DNA of 62,574 nucleotides, counting the filler. It is 3 parts of 3 records of this genome, joined end to end, with 100 filler letters (N's around TTAATTAATTAA, not from the genome) between each part and the next. Parts side by side here need not be neighbours in the genome. Positions count along the whole stretch, not along the records: positions 1 to 22,973 come from SRR20825010_74; positions 23,074 to 52,617 come from SRR20825010_83; 1 more part is not named here. One strand, 5' to 3'. The notes beneath the pieces are model-generated. The model saw only the letters and a program-made list of their open reading frames with translations, had not been told where the DNA came from and did not search any database. Positions 16,291-24,301 of the stretch are shown here, piece by piece (within the stretch, counting starts at the first letter, position 1; every line of letters starts with the position of its first letter). Position numbers and translations under genes: made by a program.

Positions 16291-19200
16291 TCATCTCCGT
16301 AATGAAAAATGACCGGCATAGGTCTTTCCATTGTCGTAGACATATTTGAACCAATAGTCCGTTGAGGGCATTCGTCTTCCCAAAATGGTACCGTCCCAAC
16401 CTTGACCTTGCGGAGTCAACTGTCCAAGTAGTTTTCCGTACCTATCGTACAAAAACAGTTGGGCATCCGGGTACAGTTCCCCGCCGATGATGTTCCAATA
16501 TTCATTGATACCATCGCCGTTAGGGCTAAAGAATTTTTGATAGCCGATGGCAATTAATTCTTTACTTATGGTCCGGCATCCTAACAGATCCCGAACGAAT
16601 ACGGTATACTTCCCGGGAAATACCTCAAACTGGTTTGAACTTTGATAGCTCCGTCCATCAATTGAATATTCAAAATCCCCTGTCCCAACGGCATCCACGG
16701 TAAGGGTAACCCTATCAGACAGGCCGTCCGTGGTGACCTCAAAACTCTCGGGAGCCCCTGATGACAATACTTCAAAACCAACGGTGTTGGAACAGCTCAG
16801 GCCATTTTTGGTTTCAATTACCGTTAGGGTGTATTTCCCTAAATCGGTGACATCAATGGTTTGTCCATTGCCAATCAAACTTCCATTTTCGTCTTCCCAC
16901 CGATAACTTTCAAAGATTCCTGCATCCAAAACAAGTTCAGGGCTATCCGGACAGATAACGTATACTTCCTCCAGACCGGGGTCGGGCAAAGGATTGATGG
17001 TCAATTCAAAACCAATGATGTCATAACATGAAACCAATTCACGATGTTGGATCCTTGCATAAATCCTTTCGCTCATTGCTGTGTTCAAATAATTCTCTTT
17101 GACCAGCGAACGCTCCCCATTTAAAGCGTCCACTTCACTGGAATGATAACTTACTTCATAAGACAGGGCATCCTGTCCATTGAGCACTTCCGTATCTTTT
17201 TGGGAGATATCGATAGTATTGACCCCCGTTTCATCCATAGCACAGACAACCATATTCATTGGGCCATATGCCGTTGGTACATCAAATACTTCCAAATCAA
17301 AACTCCCCGTTGTGTAGCAGGTAGTATTTTGGGTGTTGTTCAATCGAAAATAGATTGTTTGGGGATTTTCCGTATTTTGATAGTTTCCGGAAATCGGGTT
17401 TTGCTGGGATCCCGCATCGGCTTCGGATTCATAAAAAGCAATGGAGGCACCACTGGTTTTGTTCAAAATTTCAGTTGCCTTTTCAGTAAGATCAAATATA
17501 TAATGCCCATCATTGTCCGAATCACAGACCTGCCAATCTGATACCACGGGTACTACCGGCACCTCGTAACTGTTCAATTGGAACGAACCCGTATCGTAAC
17601 AGGAAGCATCGTTGGCATTGGTGACCCTAACGTAAACTGTCTCTTGAAAGCTATTGCTGGAATATGAAACAGGCAAGGGGTCCGTATTGCTATCGGCATC
17701 CACTTGGGAACCATGGTAACTTATGATCACACTACTTGCACTTTGTCCTCCCAAAATTTCATCTTCCGTTAGCGATAGGTCGAACTGGGCAGCGCCATCA
17801 TTGTCCTGATCGCAAACCTCCATATCAGAGGCCTGATGGGCCACCACTTGATCAATGACCCCCAAGGTAAAACTCCCCGTTTCAAAACATTCGGGATACG
17901 CCGTATTCACTATACGATAAAAAACAGTTTCGTCAAGAACCGAAACGCTATGGGCCGTATTCAAAGGGTTGGTCCCATTGTCCGCGTCCAACTGTGAACC
18001 ATAGTAGGACACACCAAAAATATTGTCATCCTGCCCATTAAGAACTTCACTGTCCTTTGTGGTCAGGTCAAAAAGATAGGCTCCGTCCCCGTCGTCATCG
18101 CAGACCACCCAATCCGTCGGGACGAACAGTTGAGGGGCTTGTTTTACAATGATATCAATACGGGTCGTATCAAAACACAGGATATTGTTGCCATTGGATA
18201 CACGTGCATAAACGGCATTCGTTCCCAAATCAAAAACCATCTGCTGTGGTAAGGGATTGATTTGGGCATCGGCATCTGCTTGGCTGTCGAAATAAGAGAC
18301 TTGAAATATACTGGGATCTTGAGGACCCAGAATAAGGGCATCCAAACTTTTTAAATCATAATCCATGGTTTCCGATGGGATACATGCTTCCACATCGGCC
18401 ACGGGATTTGCCACAGGAACCTCGGAAATTGTCAATGCTACGGATTCGGTACTGGAACGGGCGGCCTCGGTAACCGTTAAGGTCACTTGGTATGTACCCG
18501 CAGCAGCATAGGTATGGGACGGGTCTGCATCGGTTGACGTGGCCCCATCCCCAAAGTCCCAAAGAACCGTTGCCGAGGGGTTTTGTACAGCCCCGGAAAA
18601 ATTGGTCTGTTCTCCCAAACAAGTATTCTCAAAAGAAATATTTCCGGTCAGTGTACTTATATTGGAAATAAATGTCGGGAGTCCCAAAAATCCCATTCTA
18701 CCGTTTAGGTAAAAATCATTATATCTATAATCACAGGCAGTTCCCAAACCATTGGGATTATGGATGACATCCAAATACTCCTTACGTACCTTAACCCCAT
18801 ATATTTTTCCATCCGGTGCCAGTTGAAGGGAGCCAAATGATTCATTAGCCGACATCAACACTACCCTTGAATTCGCTATATCAGTTGCAGAACCCGCCTT
18901 AAGATTTAATTGGGATACACCTCTCATATATGCGATATAAATTAAATTTCCATCGGGCGAAAATTCAATTCCAAAAGGGTTAACCCCGGGAATGGTAATA
19001 GGATTTGATATTTTTCCTGTAATCTCATCAAAATCAAAAATTTCCAATTCACTTACATTGGCAGTCGCAAGTCTAGTTCCATCCGGCGATATCTTTATTT
19101 GCCCAGTAGTCCTGTAATCCGGTCCGTTTCCAATTCCGGCCGAGCTTATCACAGGTGTATTGCTTATGCCCGCTGCCGTTACTTCAAAGGCTACAAACTC

Positions 19201-19758
19201 ATTACTGTTGTAGTTTTGTGAAATCACCCAATAATCATTGGAACCACTTTTTTTGTATGCCACTACCTTTTCTGGAGTTCTACTGATAAGTTGGATATTT
19301 TTTGTGGAAATATCTCCCATACCTCCATCCAATGACATATCCACTATTGAATATTGTAAACCATTCGTGGGCACTATTCTATTAAAAACCCTAATAACAT
19401 CTACGGTAAAAATATAATACAACGTACTACTGCCTGGAAAAGGCACAATTACAGCTGAATGGGTACTGGAAGAATCCCCAAATAGCCCTGTGCCGTTGGG
19501 CATAAGTTGATGGTTTTTGTTATATACATTGACTCCATCAGTGTAAAAAAGGAGATTTCCTCCATTGTCCGAAATAGTGGCACAACCTTCATTGGTATAT
19601 AACTGGCCATCGGTAACGGCCATGGGAGCCCCACTGTTAAAATCAATTCCTGCATTATACCCAAAATACCAATGGTTGGCCCTATTCTGGGCTTGGGTCC
19701 CTACAGACAGTAACAACAGAAAAAGAACGGAAACAAATTTGGCAAGGCGTAGGTTCAA
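16291..19758 (-). CDS. T9SS type B sorting-domain protein with beta-propeller, PKD and Asp/Cys-rich repeats
   Basis: NHWYFG N-terminus, PKD (WDFGDG..PSHTY), about five CDxDxDG..FDL-type repeats, C-terminal FFSPNGDGINEYW...DRYGK...GWDG...DYWF...GHFSLRR. Confidence 0.9.
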   Translation of the reverse strand: MNLRLAKFVSVLFLLLLSVGTQAQNRANHWYFGYNAGIDFNSGAPMAVTDGQLYTNEGCATISDNGGNLLFYTDGVNVYNKNHQLMPNGTGLFGDSSSTHSAVIVPFPGSSTLYYIFTVDVIRVFNRIVPTNGLQYSIVDMSLDGGMGDISTKNIQLISRTPEKVVAYKKSGSNDYWVISQNYNSNEFVAFEVTAAGISNTPVISSAGIGNGPDYRTTGQIKISPDGTRLATANVSELEIFDFDEITGKISNPITIPGVNPFGIEFSPDGNLIYIAYMRGVSQLNLKAGSATDIANSRVVLMSANESFGSLQLAPDGKIYGVKVRKEYLDVIHNPNGLGTACDYRYNDFYLNGRMGFLGLPTFISNISTLTGNISFENTCLGEQTNFSGAVQNPSATVLWDFGDGATSTDADPSHTYAAAGTYQVTLTVTEAARSSTESVALTISEVPVANPVADVEACIPSETMDYDLKSLDALILGPQDPSIFQVSYFDSQADADAQINPLPQQMVFDLGTNAVYARVSNGNNILCFDTTRIDIIVKQAPQLFVPTDWVVCDDDGDGAYLFDLTTKDSEVLNGQDDNIFGVSYYGSQLDADNGTNPLNTAHSVSVLDETVFYRIVNTAYPECFETGSFTLGVIDQVVAHQASDMEVCDQDNDGAAQFDLSLTEDEILGGQSASSVIISYHGSQVDADSNTDPLPVSYSSNSFQETVYVRVTNANDASCYDTGSFQLNSYEVPVVPVVSDWQVCDSDNDGHYIFDLTEKATEILNKTSGASIAFYESEADAGSQQNPISGNYQNTENPQTIYFRLNNTQNTTCYTTGSFDLEVFDVPTAYGPMNMVVCAMDETGVNTIDISQKDTEVLNGQDALSYEVSYHSSEVDALNGERSLVKENYLNTAMSERIYARIQHRELVSCYDIIGFELTINPLPDPGLEEVYVICPDSPELVLDAGIFESYRWEDENGSLIGNGQTIDVTDLGKYTLTVIETKNGLSCSNTVGFEVLSSGAPESFEVTTDGLSDRVTLTVDAVGTGDFEYSIDGRSYQSSNQFEVFPGKYTVFVRDLLGCRTISKELIAIGYQKFFSPNGDGINEYWNIIGGELYPDAQLFLYDRYGKLLGQLTPQGQGWDGTILGRRMPSTDYWFKYVYDNGKTYAGHFSLRR

Positions 19759-19961
19759 GTAAAATAGCTAATGGTTATAACAGCAAAATAAGATTTTTCC
19801 TTCAAATATGAAATCTTATTCTATGAACTACATCAAATCTAAGTTTATATGAAAGTGAATAAAAGTCGTCTAACCAATAGTCCGAGAAAAGGGAGGGTTA
19901 CATTGAATATTGTGATTAGTTTAAACAACTATTTTACTAAATTCCCGTTTAAGACAATTAT

Positions 19962-20597
19962 ATGAATATCCAAAAATCACTACTATATACATTTTTTTTC
20001 TTCTTATTTGTTCAGGTAACAGCCATTTGGGTTTCCCTAAATTCTATTACGGATATACAATTTCTCATAGATGATTACAATTATTTTGTATCTGCTACAA
20101 TAGAGTTAATAGGTATAATCATATTCTTTTTTGTAATAAAAGAGCAAAGAAAGTTAATCCCAAAAAGGACATCAATCATATATTACATACTAGCAGTAAT
20201 TTGTGCTGCTTTATACGCCTTCTTTCAAAAATGGCTGAACTATGTATATGATATAATTGCAGGTACGGATTTTGCTAGCAATACCACTTATGATTTTAAT
20301 TTTGAGCCAAACAAATTCACATTTAATTTATTTGCGATTGTAGTTTTATTACCTATTGCGGAAGAGTTGTTTTTTAGAGGCTATATACAAAACGGCTTAC
20401 AAAAAAATTATAAGCCATTAGTTTCTATTGGTACTTCTTCCTTATTGTTTACTCTATTGCATCTACCTAACATCCATCATACTTACCTAGTATTTTTTGG
20501 TGGTTTGATTTCTGCCATACTTTATTTTAAATCTAAATCTATAACTCCATCTATAATCTTTCATATCATCTGGAACTTGCTAGTTAATTTTAGTTAA
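19962..20597 (+). CDS. CPBP (CAAX protease/Abi) family intramembrane metalloprotease
   Basis: EELFFRG, FTLLH, HIIWN motifs; multiple TM segments; AT-rich. Confidence 0.88.
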   Translation: MNIQKSLLYTFFFFLFVQVTAIWVSLNSITDIQFLIDDYNYFVSATIELIGIIIFFFVIKEQRKLIPKRTSIIYYILAVICAALYAFFQKWLNYVYDIIAGTDFASNTTYDFNFEPNKFTFNLFAIVVLLPIAEELFFRGYIQNGLQKNYKPLVSIGTSSLLFTLLHLPNIHHTYLVFFGGLISAILYFKSKSITPSIIFHIIWNLLVNFS

Positions 20598-20610
20598 GAT
20601 TAAACGAACT

Positions 20611-21093
20611 TCATTGTAACCCCAGAGCGGCTTTAGAGTTATAAGCTAACAATATGTTTTTGTTATCAGTATATGATTTCAAAAGTGAATTAAGCTTGAT
20701 TTCATTGAACTTTCCTAAATAATAGAACAACGAAGTTTTGGCATAATCATCATTGACTAATAAAAAATTATCATATGCAACATCCACCATTCTAGTTTTG
20801 TCTTTATTTAGTCTATAAAGACACCAAGCTATTATGATTTTGTCAAAAGGCTCTTTAACTTCGTCTAATCTTTTTTCAATAATTCTTATTGATTTTTCAG
20901 ATTTCATATAAGCTAACGTTTCAATTACTAATAAATCATAACGAGATTTAAGGTCTTCAATCAGCATCTTTTCAATTAACATCTTCTCATCATTTTTGAG
21001 ACTGTCAACTAAATCCTCATTGTTAAAATCCCTTCTATATTTATAATAATCATTTGGTGGGATTATTTTTTTGTATAACCTTTTTATATTCAT
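20611..21093 (-). CDS. Putative immunity protein for the Rhs toxin (alpha-helical, HEAT-like)
   Basis: ATG 1 nt after the Rhs stop; very AT-rich; ETLAYMKSEKSIRII and LLAYNSKAALG helical-repeat-like segments. Confidence 0.65.
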   Translation of the reverse strand: MNIKRLYKKIIPPNDYYKYRRDFNNEDLVDSLKNDEKMLIEKMLIEDLKSRYDLLVIETLAYMKSEKSIRIIEKRLDEVKEPFDKIIIAWCLYRLNKDKTRMVDVAYDNFLLVNDDYAKTSLFYYLGKFNEIKLNSLLKSYTDNKNILLAYNSKAALGLQ

Positions 21094-21094
21094 C

Positions 21095-22972
21095 TTAATC
21101 AACCCAATTATACTTGATTTTCACATTATTCGCTTCAAGAATTGGTCTTTCTATACGATTCCAAGTTGATGAAGCATTTTTAGCTGCTGACCTCGTAATA
21201 TGTACATTTGCTGTACTTCCTGGTTTATATGACCTTGCTAAAGCACCTGATAATCTGTCCCAAAATGGTCCCGATTGACTTCTATTCATTCCTGCTGTTA
21301 GCTTTATCATATTTTTCCCTGCTCTAGTTTGACCTAAAACCATAAAACCAGCTCTCCTTGCTGCCGCTTCTGTTCCTCGACCTGACCAAAATGACATTTT
21401 ACCTAAATTCCTTAAAGTCAAAGCTCTTACACCTAATTTGGCAGGCATAAAATCTAAAAAGGATAAAGGTGTTATCGCTCCACTTTCTTTTGGTACTTGA
21501 CCCCCATAATAATCATAAGCTTGAGAAGCCCATCCAACCATTGCCAATAAAACATCATCAGTAAAATTATAGGTACCTAATATTTCAATAGATGCTTGAC
21601 CTTGACCAATACTTCTAATTGTAGTTCTAAAGGCTTCAAAATATTTATCTTCTGTAGTCCAACCCTTGCCTAGGCCACCAACTCCTCCTGAATGATAAAT
21701 TTGATTTTCGTAAGTGTAACTCTCCATTCCGTCAAGAGCATTAATGTGAGGCACCATTTCGGTTCTTCTCTGTCCTTCTTGCAGGCAATCATCACAAAAT
21801 CCACCTTCGCCGTTAGAGTTCCAAGTACTACTACCATTTTCAGGTGTTGCATCCCAAGCTTCCTGTATAGAACTTACTGTTGTTGTGCCTGATGGGTCTG
21901 CATAATATACAGGATTATTATCGAATGCTGTGTAAGTAGATTGATTAAAATGAGTAACAGGGTCAATCGCAGTAAACCTCCCAATCGCTGCATCATACTG
22001 CCTAAAACCCATTTCATATAACCCTGTAGTCTCATCAAGTTCCACGCCACCAAACTTCCACTTCTGCGCCACATCGTTTCCAAGAGATGACATGGGAACG
22101 TCGTTGTACCCTTTGTGCTTAAGGCCGAAGGGGTAGTAGTTGTTCTCCTCCACTATTTCCAGACCGCCATTTCCGTCATCCACATAGCTCAACCGTATGT
22201 TGCCCAAATGGTCCTTGTATTGGTAGACATAATCATAACCTCCTTGTCCGTCCGGGGTCACATAGCCCTCCGGTTGGCCAAAGAACTGCAACGTTCCTCC
22301 CTGGTAGATATAGTTGCCCGCATAATCTGTCACAGAACTTCCCGTGGACACCGTTTTCTGTATTTTGGTGCCCGCGGCATCATAAACATACGAAATATCC
22401 CCGGAACCCATTTCAATCTTTGTGGGGAGGTTCAGGTGGTTGTACTCGATGCCGTCCGTACTGGCCGTCCCGATTCCTTTATTAAGGTCCCTGGTCAAAT
22501 TGCCGTTGGCATCGTACCAATAGTCCTGGGTATCCCCGGTACCGTCCTTGAACCCGTAGCCGTCACTGCCGTCGTCCCTTACCTTGTAGAGCCTGTTGCT
22601 GGCCCCACCGTTGAAATAGCCATAGTCCAGATCGTCCATGCTACCGGCAAAGGAGGTCACCTGTCCGGTGCCGTCAACAGCCGTATGGCCCTTGCGCTCC
22701 AAACTGCCGATGTTCCCATTTTTATCATATAATATCCCCACTAGGTTATAATGTCCCGTGTTATCGGTAGCCGAGGTTATACGGTTCAGGGCATCATAGC
22801 CGTACGAATACCTTTCACTGACGGTATTGCCGGTTGTGTTCACACTCGCCGTGCTCCACTGTACCTGTGAGATGTTCCCGTTGTATAGGGGTGCCGGGTT
22901 CTCCCCTGTTCCAAAATCGGTAGGGTTGTTGTAGCTTATCCCAAAGGCAAAGAGGTCTATGCGTTTTCTCCA
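21095..22972 (-). CDS. RHS repeat-associated core protein with C-terminal toxin (5'-partial)
   Basis: Frame open to the contig end (DLFAFGISYN..LYNGNISQ); YDALNRI, YDANGN, KDHLGNIR, NNYYPFGL, NNPVYYADPSG, then a divergent tip. Confidence 0.92.
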   Translation of the reverse strand, partial: WRKRIDLFAFGISYNNPTDFGTGENPAPLYNGNISQVQWSTASVNTTGNTVSERYSYGYDALNRITSATDNTGHYNLVGILYDKNGNIGSLERKGHTAVDGTGQVTSFAGSMDDLDYGYFNGGASNRLYKVRDDGSDGYGFKDGTGDTQDYWYDANGNLTRDLNKGIGTASTDGIEYNHLNLPTKIEMGSGDISYVYDAAGTKIQKTVSTGSSVTDYAGNYIYQGGTLQFFGQPEGYVTPDGQGGYDYVYQYKDHLGNIRLSYVDDGNGGLEIVEENNYYPFGLKHKGYNDVPMSSLGNDVAQKWKFGGVELDETTGLYEMGFRQYDAAIGRFTAIDPVTHFNQSTYTAFDNNPVYYADPSGTTTVSSIQEAWDATPENGSSTWNSNGEGGFCDDCLQEGQRRTEMVPHINALDGMESYTYENQIYHSGGVGGLGKGWTTEDKYFEAFRTTIRSIGQGQASIEILGTYNFTDDVLLAMVGWASQAYDYYGGQVPKESGAITPLSFLDFMPAKLGVRALTLRNLGKMSFWSGRGTEAAARRAGFMVLGQTRAGKNMIKLTAGMNRSQSGPFWDRLSGALARSYKPGSTANVHITRSAAKNASSTWNRIERPILEANNVKIKYNWVD

Positions 22973-22973
22973 G

Positions 22974-23073
22974 NNNNNNNNNNNNNNNNNNNNNNNNNNN
23001 NNNNNNNNNNNNNNNNNTTAATTAATTAANNNNNNNNNNNNNNNNNNNNNNNNNNNNNNNNNNNNNNNNNNNN
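22974..23073. other. Artificial contig linker
   Basis: N44-TTAATTAATTAA-N44 (stops in all six frames); abrupt change in GC and gene type. Confidence 0.98.
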
Positions 23074-23102
23074 CGTAGGTTCAAATCCTACCCCCGCAAC
23101 CA
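23074..23102 (+). tRNA. 3' part of tRNA-Met (initiator type), cut by the contig edge
   Basis: CGTAGGTTCAAATCCTACCCCCGCAACCA = T-arm, acceptor strand and CCA typical of tRNA-fMet; anticodon not visible. Confidence 0.8.
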
Positions 23103-23120
23103 AAATATCCAAGATATATC

Positions 23121-23155
23121 AACCGTTTAGTGGCATCCTGCCCTAAGCGGTTTTT
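23121..23155 (+). terminator. Intrinsic terminator after the tRNA
   Basis: AACCGTTTAG-TGGCATCCTGCC-CTAAGCGGTT-TTT. Confidence 0.65.
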
Positions 23156-23273
23156 GCGCTCAGGGCCAAAAATAACGCCGATAATTTCGCGCTCAAAATT
23201 ATATGCTTCATGGTTAAAGGAAGTGTAGAGGCAGGGGAAGTTATTCACCGGCCCCCTACGTGTGTCGTCGAGG

Positions 23274-23302
23274 TTGACCGCTCGGGGCGAGTTCCCTATT
23301 TT
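23274..23302 (+). promoter_or_regulatory. Sigma70 promoter
   Basis: TTGACC-N17-TATTTT followed by GC-rich sequence, directly before the tRNA-like element and wzm. Confidence 0.6.
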
Positions 23303-23304
23303 TC

Positions 23305-23380
23305 GCGCGCGTCGTTCAGTCGGTACAGCAGCTAGAGTGTAATCAGCGGGTCCGATGTTCGAGTTCTCTCGCGCTCAGCA
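23305..23380 (+). pseudogene. Degenerate tRNA-Thr(UGU)
   Basis: Exact 76-nt tRNA spacing: GCGCGCG TC GTTC AGTCGGTA CAGC A GCTAG AG-TGT-AA TCAGC GGGTC CGATG TTCGAGT TCTCT CGCGCTC A GCA; mismatches in all stems, no CCA. Confidence 0.7.
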
Positions 23381-23428
23381 CGCACCCCCAATCCCGGCTC
23401 GCCTTTTGACGAGCTAACTGCTAGATCG

Positions 23429-24301
23429 ATGAGCATGCCAGTTTCTTCCGTCTCAGTGAATGCAGCCGCGGTCAAGGCTCCGTCTTTTTTCGGCGCCGCG
23501 CTTGGACCCTATATCGTGGTCTGGCGTGATCCGTTGCTGTTGATGCGTATGGTTGGCCGCGAGGTGGCGTCGAAATATACCGGCTCGTTCGCCGGGCTGT
23601 TTTGGGCGGTACTGACACCCTTGTTGATGCTCGCGGTTTTCACGTTTCTGTTCGGGACGATGTTCTCGCCGAAGGCGGCAAGGATCGACGCGACGACGGA
23701 TCTGACGACATTCGCGAAATTCCTGTTCGCGGGCCTGGTTCTGCATGGTTTCCTGGCCGAAGTGATCACCCGGGCGCCGAACGTGGTGTTGGGCAATCCA
23801 AATCTCATCAAAAAATTCGTGTTGGCGACGGAGCTGCTGCCTTTGGCGTCGGTGATCAGCGCCGCGACGACGGCATCGATTGGCCTTCTGGTTATGCTCG
23901 TCGTTCATGTGGCGACATCGGGAACGCTACCCCTGACCGCGCTGTTGGCACCTCTGGTCCTGCTGCCCTTCGTGATCATGATGGCCGGGGTTGCATGGTT
24001 TCTTTCGGCTGTTGGCGTGTTCCTGCGTGATATCGGGCATGTGACCGGATTGATGGCAACTGTGCTGCTGTTCCTGGGGCCGGTTTTTTACAAGATCGAA
24101 ACCTTGCCGGAGGTGATGCGTGACGTGGTTTATCTCAATCCTTTGACCGTTCCGATTTTGGGGTTACGGCGCGTTCTGCTGGACGGAATGCCCCCGGAGT
24201 GGGTGGGTTTGACGATTTATAGTGGTGCCGCATTCATTGTTGCCTGGATCGGTTTTTACGTCTTCGTCCGGTGCAAGAGGACTTTCGCGGATGTCATCTG
24301 A
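23429..24301 (+). CDS. wzm: Polysaccharide ABC transporter permease Wzm
   Basis: REVASKYTGSFAGLFWAVLTPL, RDIGH, YLNPL; six TM segments. Confidence 0.9.
   Translation: MSMPVSSVSVNAAAVKAPSFFGAALGPYIVVWRDPLLLMRMVGREVASKYTGSFAGLFWAVLTPLLMLAVFTFLFGTMFSPKAARIDATTDLTTFAKFLFAGLVLHGFLAEVITRAPNVVLGNPNLIKKFVLATELLPLASVISAATTASIGLLVMLVVHVATSGTLPLTALLAPLVLLPFVIMMAGVAWFLSAVGVFLRDIGHVTGLMATVLLFLGPVFYKIETLPEVMRDVVYLNPLTVPILGLRRVLLDGMPPEWVGLTIYSGAAFIVAWIGFYVFVRCKRTFADVI

Noticed and set aside
17100-18450. Repeated segments in the T9SS cargo gene as a possible DNA repeat array or CRISPR
   Set aside because: They are diverged ~90-aa protein domain repeats with no identical nucleotide repeats or spacers
22955-22973. 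Rhs frame reads WRKRID at the contig edge, possibly an orphan-module breakpoint
   Set aside because: Too few bases before the gap to distinguish a breakpoint from normal variation or a contig-end artefact
23018-23029. TTAATTAATTAA palindrome (also 52662-52673)
   Set aside because: Synthetic all-frame stop linker within N runs
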